Source: Deltaproteobacteria bacterium
Lineage (GTDB): Bacteria; Desulfobacterota; GWC2-55-46; UBA9637
Assembly: GCA_016214995.1 (NCBI GenBank)
Contig: JACRML010000058.1
Coordinates: forward strand, 4,194 to 68,193
Length of the DNA stretch: 64,000 nt
Direction of reading: 5' to 3'
This document shows, one piece after another, positions 53,308 to 61,708 of the stretch (position 1 is its first letter; every line of letters starts with the position of its first letter). The translations under genes were made by a program, and so were the position numbers. A model generated the notes under the pieces. The model was not told the origin of the DNA. It saw only the letters and a program-made list of their open reading frames with translations, and did not search any database.

Positions 53308-53477
53308 TAAATACAGTAGGCAGTATGCAGTAAGGAGTATGCAGTAAAAAAACAGAAGATGATAGGTTGAGAAATTGAGAAGTTAAGAATTTTCACCCTC
53401 TTGTCGTTTCAGTTTCTTATCCTCTTAACTTCTTTTCCTCTTTTCTGCCTACTGCTTACTGTCTACTGCCTACTTTT
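53308..53477. terminator. Nested 170-bp palindrome of two heptamer families between convergent genes
   Basis: The outer arms are CAGTAGG CAGTATG CAGTAAG GAGTATG CAGTAAA, facing CTGCCTA CTGCTTA CTGTCTA CTGCCTA. The inner arms are GGTTGAGAAATTGAGAAGTTAAGAA, facing TTCTTATCCTCTTAACTTCTTTTCCTC. The right arm ends in TTTTT. Confidence 0.6.
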
Positions 53478-53482
53478 TAAGA

Positions 53483-53716
53483 TTATTCAACCACGACATT
53501 GGTAAGGGTTTTCCTTACCCCTGCCACTCCCTGAATTTTCTTTATTACAACATCGCCCAAGACCCTGAAATTTGATGCAGTTACATAAGCAATAACATCA
53601 TAAGGGCCTGTTACGGCATGTGCCTCCCTTACGCCGCCTATATTGCTTATCTTATCTGCCGCTGACATTGACTTACCGTGTTCACATTCTATAAAGACAT
53701 AGGCTGAAACCGACAT
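53483..53716 (-). CDS. Stand-alone Lrp/AsnC-type ligand-binding (RAM) domain protein
   Basis: 77 aa. It reads AYVFIECEHGK...VREAHAVTGPYDVIAYV. Confidence 0.65.
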   Translation of the reverse strand: MSVSAYVFIECEHGKSMSAADKISNIGGVREAHAVTGPYDVIAYVTASNFRVLGDVVIKKIQGVAGVRKTLTNVVVE

Positions 53717-53732
53717 TATATCCTCCCGTTAT

Positions 53733-53770
53733 CCCAAAAAATGCAGTTTTCGCATCATACTGCATTCTGT
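53733..53770. repeat. Degenerate member of the AAAATGCA..TGCATT family
   Basis: It reads CCCAAAAAATGCAGTTTTCGCATCATACTGCATTCTG. Confidence 0.45.
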
Positions 53771-54050
53771 GAATATCTAGTCAGGAATATATTGTAAGTC
53801 TATATCAAACCTTATCGGTTGTCAATTATTTTACCACTTCCGGTAAAACCAATTTAGAAACATTTCCAAATTGGCTAAATAGGACATTATCATTTTGACG
53901 TTACACCCTGTTATAAAATATCCTTTTATAAAGCAACAGGGTAAAGGAAAAATTGATGTTATTTGGCGGGATAAAAACCAGACATGTAAGCAGCGCAGAA
54001 ACATATGGTGTGCCCATTGCTCTGCAATGGGCCAGACATTTTAAGCTGAA

Positions 54051-54905
54051 CTAATTCTCTAAATTTGCCAACATCTTAAGTTTCTTTATATTCTTAAGCT
54101 TTGTTACAGCCTCTTTTTCTATCTGCCGTACCCTTTCTCTGCTTACACAAAGCCTGTCTCCTATCTCCTGCAGAGTTAGGGAGGGTTCTTTCATCATCCT
54201 GTTTTCTATGACATATCGTTCTTTCTTGTTCAGAGTTGAAAGGGCATTTAATATCTCGTCCTTCACAACGTTTTGTTCCTGAACAGCCAGGGCAGCATCC
54301 TCCGGGTTAAGTGACGTATCGGGAAGCATATCAAGATATGTAGTTCCTTCCTCTCCCTGATTGGTCGAAACTTGATTATCCAACGATAGGTCGCGATATT
54401 CGGCATCCTCTCCCTTTTCCCAGTCACCTGTCACCAGATTCCCGGCGCCAGTTTCAAACCTTGCGTCTGATGACTTGTGACTTGTGTCTTGTAACTTGCG
54501 ACTCTCAAGCCGATAAAAAAGTTTCTTTTTAAGGGCAGCAACACCTTTATTAACAAGATTCCAATTCTTTAGTATAAACGCCTGAATATGAGACCTTATC
54601 CACCAAACTGCATAAGTGATAAGACGGCAGCCTTTGAAAGGGTCGAATTTCTTTACCGCCTTCATAAGCCCGATATTCCCCTCTTGTATAAGGTCAGCCA
54701 GCCTGAACCCATACTCCCTGTACTCCATTGCAATCTTCACAACAAATCTTAGATTTGAGGTTATAAGCTTATGGGCAGCATCAAGGTTGTTTTGTTTTCT
54801 GAAACGGACAGCAAGCTCAAACTCCTCTTTCATTGATAGAAGCGGGAACCTGTTTGCCTGAATAAGATATGATTGAATAGAATTTAATAGTACAATCTGT
54901 GTCAT
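54051..54905 (-). CDS. rpoH: RpoH-like (sigma-32 type) RNA polymerase sigma factor
   Basis: It reads LRFVVKIAMEYREYGFRLADLIQEGNIGLMKAVKKFDP and YAVWWIRSHIQAFILKNW. It has an RpoH-box-like LKKKLFYRLE, and region 4.2 reads LQEIGDRLCVSRERVRQIEKEA. Confidence 0.75.
   Translation of the reverse strand: MTQIVLLNSIQSYLIQANRFPLLSMKEEFELAVRFRKQNNLDAAHKLITSNLRFVVKIAMEYREYGFRLADLIQEGNIGLMKAVKKFDPFKGCRLITYAVWWIRSHIQAFILKNWNLVNKGVAALKKKLFYRLESRKLQDTSHKSSDARFETGAGNLVTGDWEKGEDAEYRDLSLDNQVSTNQGEEGTTYLDMLPDTSLNPEDAALAVQEQNVVKDEILNALSTLNKKERYVIENRMMKEPSLTLQEIGDRLCVSRERVRQIEKEAVTKLKNIKKLKMLANLEN
54460..54504. repeat. Heptamer array (CTTGTGA units) inside the rpoH-like gene
   Basis: It reads CTTGCGTCTGATGACTTGTGACTTGTGTCTTGTAACTTGCGACTC. 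It encodes ESRKLQDTSHKSSDAR in the region 2-3 linker. Confidence 0.85.
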
Positions 54906-55078
54906 AATTCACACCCACTCTCAAAAAATATGAGGATAAGGTAACCAGCTAAACCTTATCATCAGTCAAAATTGAACTGAATATTGGCAAATCTTTTCAG
55001 GGGTTCTAAACATGATATGAATGAGCTAAGCAGAGAGATGGGTGGGGCAGAGGCATTGCTTTGTTCTGCCCCTCTCCT

Positions 55079-55477
<399 letters not shown>

Positions 55478-55520
55478 TCATGTTTTTACAGTTCACCGCT
55501 CACAGTTTACTGTATATAAT

Positions 55521-56231
55521 TTAATGCGCTTCTTCCAATGCACTTCCAATATACATCATGCTGAGCAAGGAAAATATAAATGCCTGAATAAATGCCACAA
55601 GCACGCCAAGGGCAGTGGAAAGTGCCAGCAGCGGATAGGCCAGATGCATGAGCAAAAGCAGCACGCCAACAATAAGTTCATGTCCCATAATATTTCCAAA
55701 AAGACGCAAAGACAAGGAAACAGGCCTGACCAAATGGCTGATAGTTTCCACAAATATCATCAGTGGGGTCATAACTATCATGAGAATAAAGGGAAGCCCT
55801 CCAATTGGTCCTATAAAATGTTTTAAGTATTTAAAGCCATGTTCCTTTATACCTATTACATGGGTAGCTATAAACACAATTACAGCAAGACCAGCCGTGG
55901 TATTAAGATTTGCTGTGGGCGGAAGCAGACCCGGTATCAAACCTAAAATATTTGAAATAAGGATATATATGCCGAATGTTGCAATAAAAGGAAAATATTT
56001 CTTGCCGTGATGCCCCATGGTCTCTTCTACCAAATTCTTAATACCTTCGACAAAAAGTTCCGCAATACTTTGGACAACACCATTGGGGACTAATTGCAAT
56101 CTCCTTGAAACAAAATAACTAAACAGGCCAAGGCACAGAATAATATAGAGCATTATAGCAGTATGCGCCGGCAAATTAAACAAAGGGAGTATAATCTCTG
56201 GGTGCATATCAGACCAATTCCTTTTTTGCAA
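55521..56231 (-). CDS. atpB: F-type ATP synthase Fo subunit a
   Basis: 236 aa. It has the conserved Arg region SLSLRLFGNIMGHE and five TM segments. Confidence 0.85.
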   Translation of the reverse strand: MQKRNWSDMHPEIILPLFNLPAHTAIMLYIILCLGLFSYFVSRRLQLVPNGVVQSIAELFVEGIKNLVEETMGHHGKKYFPFIATFGIYILISNILGLIPGLLPPTANLNTTAGLAVIVFIATHVIGIKEHGFKYLKHFIGPIGGLPFILMIVMTPLMIFVETISHLVRPVSLSLRLFGNIMGHELIVGVLLLLMHLAYPLLALSTALGVLVAFIQAFIFSLLSMMYIGSALEEAH

Positions 56232-56610
56232 AATATATGGTGGATGCCATTGTAGCTGACATTATTATGCTGAAACCAATTATAAGCCCTACAGGGTTTG
56301 CGAGATTTTTTGAAACCAATACACCCACAACAAAGATTGTTGCAAAAAACCTTATATAATATCGTTTCATAATAAACAGATGTGCCTTGTCTGGCTTGAA
56401 TAAAAAACCGTTTTTTACAGTCCTTGCCATTATCGAAAGATTTATTATGCCGATGGCAGTTCCAATGAAAACACTTACAGCCGCAAAAACAGAAGCTGCC
56501 ATTGCACTGACAATAAAAGCAACTGCCGAGACAATTAAATTCCCCAATCCAACCTTCATAAATATTGGATAGAGCGCATTGAAATTAACCGTAATAGGTT
56601 TAGAAACCAT
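56209..56610 (-). CDS. atpI: ATP synthase subunit I-like membrane protein
   Basis: 133 aa with four TM segments. It is placed between the atpZ-like gene and atpB. The call rests on context. Confidence 0.5.
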   Translation of the reverse strand: MVSKPITVNFNALYPIFMKVGLGNLIVSAVAFIVSAMAASVFAAVSVFIGTAIGIINLSIMARTVKNGFLFKPDKAHLFIMKRYYIRFFATIFVVGVLVSKNLANPVGLIIGFSIIMSATMASTIYFAKKELV

Positions 56611-56818
56611 ATTTTTTTATCAATACATAGATATTTCTAAAACCGGCTGCTATGCCAATGAGCAGAAATACTATGGTAAACCATGGTTTTGTAGAAAATA
56701 CTCTGTCCAGATAAACGCCTATATAGAGACCTACAAAGGTAGCAACTACCAGGGATGTGCCGATAGACGACATCCATAACATCCTTTTAAGGAGACCTCT
56801 ATTGTTATCTTCACCCAT
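56600..56818 (-). CDS. atpZ: AtpZ/AtpI-family small membrane protein
   Basis: 72 aa with two TM segments. It reads MSSIGTSLVVATFVGLYIGVYLD...LLIGIAAGFRN. Confidence 0.6.
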   Translation of the reverse strand: MGEDNNRGLLKRMLWMSSIGTSLVVATFVGLYIGVYLDRVFSTKPWFTIVFLLIGIAAGFRNIYVLIKKYGF

Positions 56819-56925
56819 GGCTACCTTAAAAAGTATTTATTTCTATCACGTATTAAAATTTAAGTCAATATTTTTTTGCCTTTTTTGCCTTTTGTGAGAA
56901 AATTTAAGGCAGAGACTTCTGTGGG

Positions 56926-56953
56926 CCCCAAAAATGCAACTGCATTTGGGGGG
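56926..56953. repeat. CCCC-AAAAATGCAACTGCATTT-GGGGGG palindrome
   Basis: It belongs to the same family as 823-857. It lies upstream of the atpZ-like gene. Confidence 0.8.
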
Positions 56954-57000
56954 ATTGAGAATTTTATCAGCCTCAACCTTAATCTTGTTTTTTCTGCCTT

Positions 57001-58647
57001 TCATCTTAATAATTGTGTAACTTTCTTTTGACCGCCCACATCTTCAAACGGGAAATCCTTCCTATAAGGCACAACAGCAAGGCTTATATTGCCTATTTCT
57101 TTTATCTTGGTTAAAAGCCCTATCACTTCCTGATCTGGCAGGGGTTGCGACGTGTTCCAATCAATTGTCTGAAATTTCATCAGAACCTTTTGCGGCTCAC
57201 CGACCAGCCTGACCGCCTCGCTGGTCATATTTTGTATCAGGCTCTGTATCTCATAAGGTTCTTTTTTTAACTCATCATGCATCTGTCGATGATAGGCCAT
57301 TACCGCATAATAATCAAACCACTGCTTTACAGCCTCATCAAGGCTCTGGGAAAGCCATGCCATTGCGTAAGGAGGGTTTGAGATACTCTCATACATCAGA
57401 TTTATTACAAATTTTGCATTCGGGTTTTTCTTTTTTACAACTGCTTTAATTCTCATTGCAACCTGAAGCAGCCTTTTATTTTTCCACGCTGCCCATCTCC
57501 AGAACTCCGGAGCATATTGAGGGTTCAAGGGTTCAAGGGTTACAGAGTTCAAATTCTGCCCCATGTTATTATAAAGTTCAGCCGGTATAAGCCTCTTGTC
57601 GTTGTCCTTTTTATAAAACGCATCACTGTAAGAACCAAAACCTTCATTATGCTTTAAAACAAGGTCATCCTGAAAAAGTACGCCATCGATAGGATATTCC
57701 GCAAGGTCATTAAAGAGTTTTTCCAGATGATAAACAGCCGCTTCGTTAAAAAGGTCAAGTCCTTTGCAGGAAACAATATTTTTTGTATGAAAGTCGTACG
57801 CCTTGCAGCCAAGGTCTTTTCTATGTTCCAGGCCATAGTCAGCATATCTCGTTGTCATCCACGCAAATACCTTTAATCCTTTTTTATGCGCCATATCAAG
57901 AACAGTCCCAAGTATATCCTCAACTACCGGAGATTCTTTTGTTTTAAAATAGACCCCAACCTTGCTCCTCGGTTTTATAAATTGATAAAATCTATCTTCC
58001 TTATTATGGAAAACCCTTAAAATAATAGTATCTATGCCTGCCCCCTTTAACCTATCCAGTTCCTTATCAACTTCCTTATAGTTTTTCCCTTCAAACAAGG
58101 CAATCTGAACAGTCCGTAATGGTGACGAAAAACCTAGAGGTTGAGAGGTTAAGAGGTTGGATTGAACCTTTACTACCGGAAGTTTAGGCGCAGCAACAAA
58201 CTCTGCCTCTCCCTGCTTAAAACCTGCGGGGACATGTTTCAATTTCGCTTTAGCAATTTCCAATTTTAAAGATGCTTCTCTTTTAAACTCATTATCGGGA
58301 AAGTTCTTAATAAGCTGCTGCCATTGACCAACAGCCTCTTGATACATGGATGCATTGAGACACGCATCACCAATCATGTATTGGGCATGAGGAATAATCT
58401 GGCTACCCGGAAAATAATCTATTACCCTGCCGAACTCCCTGGCAGCAACCGTATAATGGCCCTGTTTATAAAGAAACATGGCGTAGTTGAACTGGTCTTT
58501 GTCTGTGAGGAAGGGACGATTCCCCTGAGCGTTTAGGGAAGATGCAAGAAGCAAGAGGCAAGAGGCAAGAGATAAGAGGTAAGAGACAAGATTTTTTTCT
58601 TGCTTCTTGCTTCGGACTTCTTGCTTCTTATTTCTAAAACAACACAT
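57001..58647 (-). CDS. Exported TPR/YbgF-like plus glycoside-hydrolase-like (PgaB C-terminal-like) protein
   Basis: Its signal peptide ends SLNA|QG. A TPR-like segment reads YAMFLYKQGHYTVAAREFGRVIDYFPGS. A TIM-barrel-like region reads IDTIILRVFHN...KGLKVFAWMTTRY. The functional call is weak. Confidence 0.4.
   Translation of the reverse strand: MCCFRNKKQEVRSKKQEKNLVSYLLSLASCLLLLASSLNAQGNRPFLTDKDQFNYAMFLYKQGHYTVAAREFGRVIDYFPGSQIIPHAQYMIGDACLNASMYQEAVGQWQQLIKNFPDNEFKREASLKLEIAKAKLKHVPAGFKQGEAEFVAAPKLPVVKVQSNLLTSQPLGFSSPLRTVQIALFEGKNYKEVDKELDRLKGAGIDTIILRVFHNKEDRFYQFIKPRSKVGVYFKTKESPVVEDILGTVLDMAHKKGLKVFAWMTTRYADYGLEHRKDLGCKAYDFHTKNIVSCKGLDLFNEAAVYHLEKLFNDLAEYPIDGVLFQDDLVLKHNEGFGSYSDAFYKKDNDKRLIPAELYNNMGQNLNSVTLEPLNPQYAPEFWRWAAWKNKRLLQVAMRIKAVVKKKNPNAKFVINLMYESISNPPYAMAWLSQSLDEAVKQWFDYYAVMAYHRQMHDELKKEPYEIQSLIQNMTSEAVRLVGEPQKVLMKFQTIDWNTSQPLPDQEVIGLLTKIKEIGNISLAVVPYRKDFPFEDVGGQKKVTQLLR
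57520..57556. repeat. Heptamer array (GGGTTCA units), intragenic
   Basis: It reads GAGGGTTCAAGGGTTCAAGGGTTACAGAGTTCAAATTC. It encodes NSVTLEPLNPQ. Confidence 0.85.
58133..58168. repeat. Heptamer array (GAGGTTR units), intragenic
   Basis: It reads CCTAGAGGTTGAGAGGTTAAGAGGTTGGATTGAACC. It encodes QSNLLTSQPLG. Confidence 0.85.
58541..58629. repeat. Purine-arm / pyrimidine-arm heptamer palindrome (GCAAGAR / CTTCTTG units)
   Basis: GATGCAAGAAGCAAGAGGCAAGAGGCAAGAGATAAGAGGTAAGAGACAAG, then ATTTTTT, faces TCTTGCTTCTTGCTTCGGACTTCTTGCTTCTT. It covers codons 7-36 of the 57001-58647 gene. Confidence 0.9.
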
Positions 58648-59989
58648 CCATCATCTCCTTAACCGATTTTACCCCAATCATCTCAAGCTTACCTTTGCCT
58701 TTTATCTTCGATAGATTATCCTTTGGCAGGATGCACTTATCAAAGCCCAATTTCTCCGCCTCGTTTATGCGTGGCTCTACCTGGCTTATACCTCTCACTT
58801 CGCCTGCCAGTCCCACTTCTCCGAACACCACAGTCTTCTGCGGTATGGCTTTGTCAAGAAAATTTGAGGCAAGCGAGGCTATAATGCCGAGGTCTATGGC
58901 AGGCTCTTCAAGTCTTATGCCGCCGGTTACCTTGAGGAATATGTCGTGGTTTTGAATGTTAAGCCCGCCTTTCTTTTCCAGCACTGCGGTAAGCAGAGCA
59001 ACCCTGTTGTAGTCTATTCCAACTACCGTTCTTTTGGGAATACCGAATATGGTGGGGCAGACCAAGGATTGAATCTCCACCAGAATCGGTCTTGTGCCTT
59101 CAAGGCTTGATACCACAACAGAACCGGAGGCATTCTGCGGCCTTTCTGCAAGGAACAGGGCGGATGGATTAGCAACCTCTTCAAGCCCCTTATCATGCAT
59201 CTCAAATACCCCTATTTCCATGACAGAGCCGTAGCGATTTTTTACAGCCCGGAGTATTCTAAACTGATGTCCCCTTTCGCCCTCAAAATAAAGAACAGTA
59301 TCTACCATATGTTCAAGCACCCTGGGCCCAGCGATAGAACCGTCCTTGGTCACATGCCCTACCAGAAAAAGTGGCATATCCATGCCCTTTGCATTAAATA
59401 TCAACTGAGATGATGTCTCCCGAACCTGGCTTACACTGCCAGGCGATGATTCAAGCGCCTGTGTATAAATGGTTTGGATGGAATCTATGATAAGAATCTC
59501 CGGCTTAAGTCTCTTTACGCTATCCAGTATCCTCTCCAGGGTATTCTCTGCATATATGAAGAGGTTTTCTGATGTTACGCCAAGTCTTTCACCCCTTATC
59601 TTTGTCTGCTTTGGAGACTCTTCGCCAGAAACATATAAAACCTTTTCTCCATTGCCAGCAAGCATCGCCATAGCCTGAAGCAGTAATGTTGATTTGCCAA
59701 TACCCGGATCTCCGCCTATAAGTATTGCAGAACCCAAAACAATTCCACCGCCAAGAACCCTGTCCAACTCCCCGATGCCTGTTTTAAACCTGTCCTCCTC
59801 TTTTACCTCAAGGGTTGTGATGGGCTGCGGCGAAGAACCTCCTTCAAAGACCTGAAGCCCCCTCCTCTCCTCAAATGCCTTTTCCTCAACAAAGGAATTC
59901 CATTGATTGCAGTCAGGACATTTGCCCAACCACTTTGGCAATTGATAGCCGCAGGATTGGCAGGTATATATGGTTCTGGTTTTAGCCAT
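58634..59989 (-). CDS. radA: DNA repair protein RadA/Sms
   Basis: It has a zinc-finger (CQSCGYQLPKWLGKCPDC), a Walker A motif (GGDPGIGKSTL), KNRYG, and a Lon-like C-domain. The ATG at 59989 is preferred over 60049. Confidence 0.9.
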   Translation of the reverse strand: MAKTRTIYTCQSCGYQLPKWLGKCPDCNQWNSFVEEKAFEERRGLQVFEGGSSPQPITTLEVKEEDRFKTGIGELDRVLGGGIVLGSAILIGGDPGIGKSTLLLQAMAMLAGNGEKVLYVSGEESPKQTKIRGERLGVTSENLFIYAENTLERILDSVKRLKPEILIIDSIQTIYTQALESSPGSVSQVRETSSQLIFNAKGMDMPLFLVGHVTKDGSIAGPRVLEHMVDTVLYFEGERGHQFRILRAVKNRYGSVMEIGVFEMHDKGLEEVANPSALFLAERPQNASGSVVVSSLEGTRPILVEIQSLVCPTIFGIPKRTVVGIDYNRVALLTAVLEKKGGLNIQNHDIFLKVTGGIRLEEPAIDLGIIASLASNFLDKAIPQKTVVFGEVGLAGEVRGISQVEPRINEAEKLGFDKCILPKDNLSKIKGKGKLEMIGVKSVKEMMDVLF

Positions 59990-60007
59990 AGTATCAAGAC
60001 TCAAACT

Positions 60008-60074
60008 ACAGTGAATGGTATTTAGTGAATAGTAGTCGGCCGGCAGCAACTATTCACTGTTCACTATTTACTGT
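60008..60074. repeat. Palindrome of AGTGAAT/ATTCACT heptamer units
   Basis: ACAGTGAATGGTATTTAGTGAATAGTAGTCGGCC faces GGCAGCAACTATTCACTGTTCACTATTTACTGT. It lies in the divergent radA / HEAT-gene intergenic region. Confidence 0.8.
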
Positions 60075-60138
60075 TTTAATCATTTCTACAATTGACAATT
60101 AACCCTTTTCTGTTATTATAAAGGCAGTTTATTTCCTT

Positions 60139-61638
60139 ATGTCTGTCTCCTTAACAACTGAAATCATCCTAATAGAATTTTCCAAGACTGTCAAGGCTAT
60201 TGCCTTCTATCCCGAAGGGCATCCCAACCGTGAAGCAGTCGTGGAAAAAACCTTTAACCTCTTACAAGAGTTCATAAAGGAGAAGGGTAATATCAAAGTA
60301 GCCATAGAGCGCGCCGGCTTTCTGGAAGGAAAGATTCCCATATGCAGGAACCATAACCCTGTACAGGGGTTGGCAAAAGAACTATTTCTCAAAAGGGTGC
60401 GAGAGATTACATTTACAGAGGATGCAACGCTTAAGGAATGGAAGGACTTGACTTCAATTCTGAGTATGGATGCTGATAGCTTTAAAAAGGGAGGCGGCCT
60501 TGAGAAAATGCTGGTAGTTAAGGAGATTAAGGGCATCCAGCTCAATGAAATGAAATATGACGACATCCGGAAAAAGGTAATTGAAATTGAAGAAGCTAAA
60601 AAGGAGATGGAGATAGGGAAAGAAGAGGAAGCGGCAGAAGCAGAAATAGCGGAGGAAGGAGAAGAAGGGAAAAAAGAAGACGAGGTTATCCATAGCATAG
60701 AAGAGCAGCTTAAGGCCATCGAAGAAAAAAAAGAAACGCTTGAGATTTTGTTAGATAAGTTGGAAAAGGAAGAGGACACTGTTAGTTATAATGCCCTTGC
60801 ACAAAAAATAGCGGAAAAGATAAAACCAATGTATGAAGAATGCAATTGGGAAGGACTTTTCCCTGCCCTTGTAGTATTTGCCGCCCATTCTAATCCTGAA
60901 AGTCCGCGCCATCCTGAGCAAAAGACTATTGCATCTGACAGACTAAGGGAATTACTCCATAATTATATGATAGATTATCTGATAACAAGGCTTTGCAACC
61001 GCCGCGAGGAGAGACGTCAAGAGATTCAGGAGATGCTGCGCTTGTTAGGTGAGGAGGCAATGAAACAGCTGCTCACCAAACTTATTAATACAGAGGAGGC
61101 TCACACCAGACGTCAGATATTCAATATACTCACCATATTTGGTAAGATGGTAAGGATAGAAGCAGAAAAACAACTTGATGACGAAAGGTGGTTTGTGGTA
61201 AGGCAGATGGTATCGCTTCTGGGAGAAATAGGCTCACCACACTCTTTAGATGCTATAAAAAAGGCATTTGGTCATAGAGATGATAGAGTAAAAAAGGAGG
61301 TTTTGAAGACCATCGGCAAGATACAATCCAATGAAAGCGTTGTTTTCCTTTTGCAAAAGCTCGATGTGAGCAATACTTCAATCAAGATGCAGGCCGTCAT
61401 ATCACTCGGTACTCTGAAGGCTGCAAATGCTGTAGAACCATTAGGACATTTGGCATTAAAAAGAAGTTTTTCTGATGAAAATATAGAAATCAGAAAAGAG
61501 GCGGTAAGGTCACTCGGTATGATCGGCGGCGACAATGCAGCAGCCATTCTTAAAAAAGTGCTAAAGAAGCAATTTTTTTGGGGAAGAAAGCAAAACGACG
61601 AGATTCGGTCTGTTGCTGCGATAACGCAAGAGGAATGA
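60139..61638 (+). CDS. HEAT-repeat protein with N-terminal domain shared with the adjacent HD-GYP protein
   Basis: It has C-terminal HEAT/PBS-lyase-type repeats (RQMVSLLGEIGSPHSLDAIKKAF, VKKEVLKTIGKI, IRKEAVRSLGMIG). The centre is an E/K-rich coil. Confidence 0.6.
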   Translation: MSVSLTTEIILIEFSKTVKAIAFYPEGHPNREAVVEKTFNLLQEFIKEKGNIKVAIERAGFLEGKIPICRNHNPVQGLAKELFLKRVREITFTEDATLKEWKDLTSILSMDADSFKKGGGLEKMLVVKEIKGIQLNEMKYDDIRKKVIEIEEAKKEMEIGKEEEAAEAEIAEEGEEGKKEDEVIHSIEEQLKAIEEKKETLEILLDKLEKEEDTVSYNALAQKIAEKIKPMYEECNWEGLFPALVVFAAHSNPESPRHPEQKTIASDRLRELLHNYMIDYLITRLCNRREERRQEIQEMLRLLGEEAMKQLLTKLINTEEAHTRRQIFNILTIFGKMVRIEAEKQLDDERWFVVRQMVSLLGEIGSPHSLDAIKKAFGHRDDRVKKEVLKTIGKIQSNESVVFLLQKLDVSNTSIKMQAVISLGTLKAANAVEPLGHLALKRSFSDENIEIRKEAVRSLGMIGGDNAAAILKKVLKKQFFWGRKQNDEIRSVAAITQEE

Positions 61639-61708
61639 GGAAACAGAAAAAGAGTTTTTCTAATTTCTAATTCCTAATTTCTGATTTTGAAATGGAGCGA
61701 ATCAACAT

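Noticed and set aside
60207-60779. 190-aa Ser-rich minus-strand ORF
   Set aside because: It is the antisense shadow of the E/K-rich (GAA/AAG) coil region of the HEAT-repeat gene.
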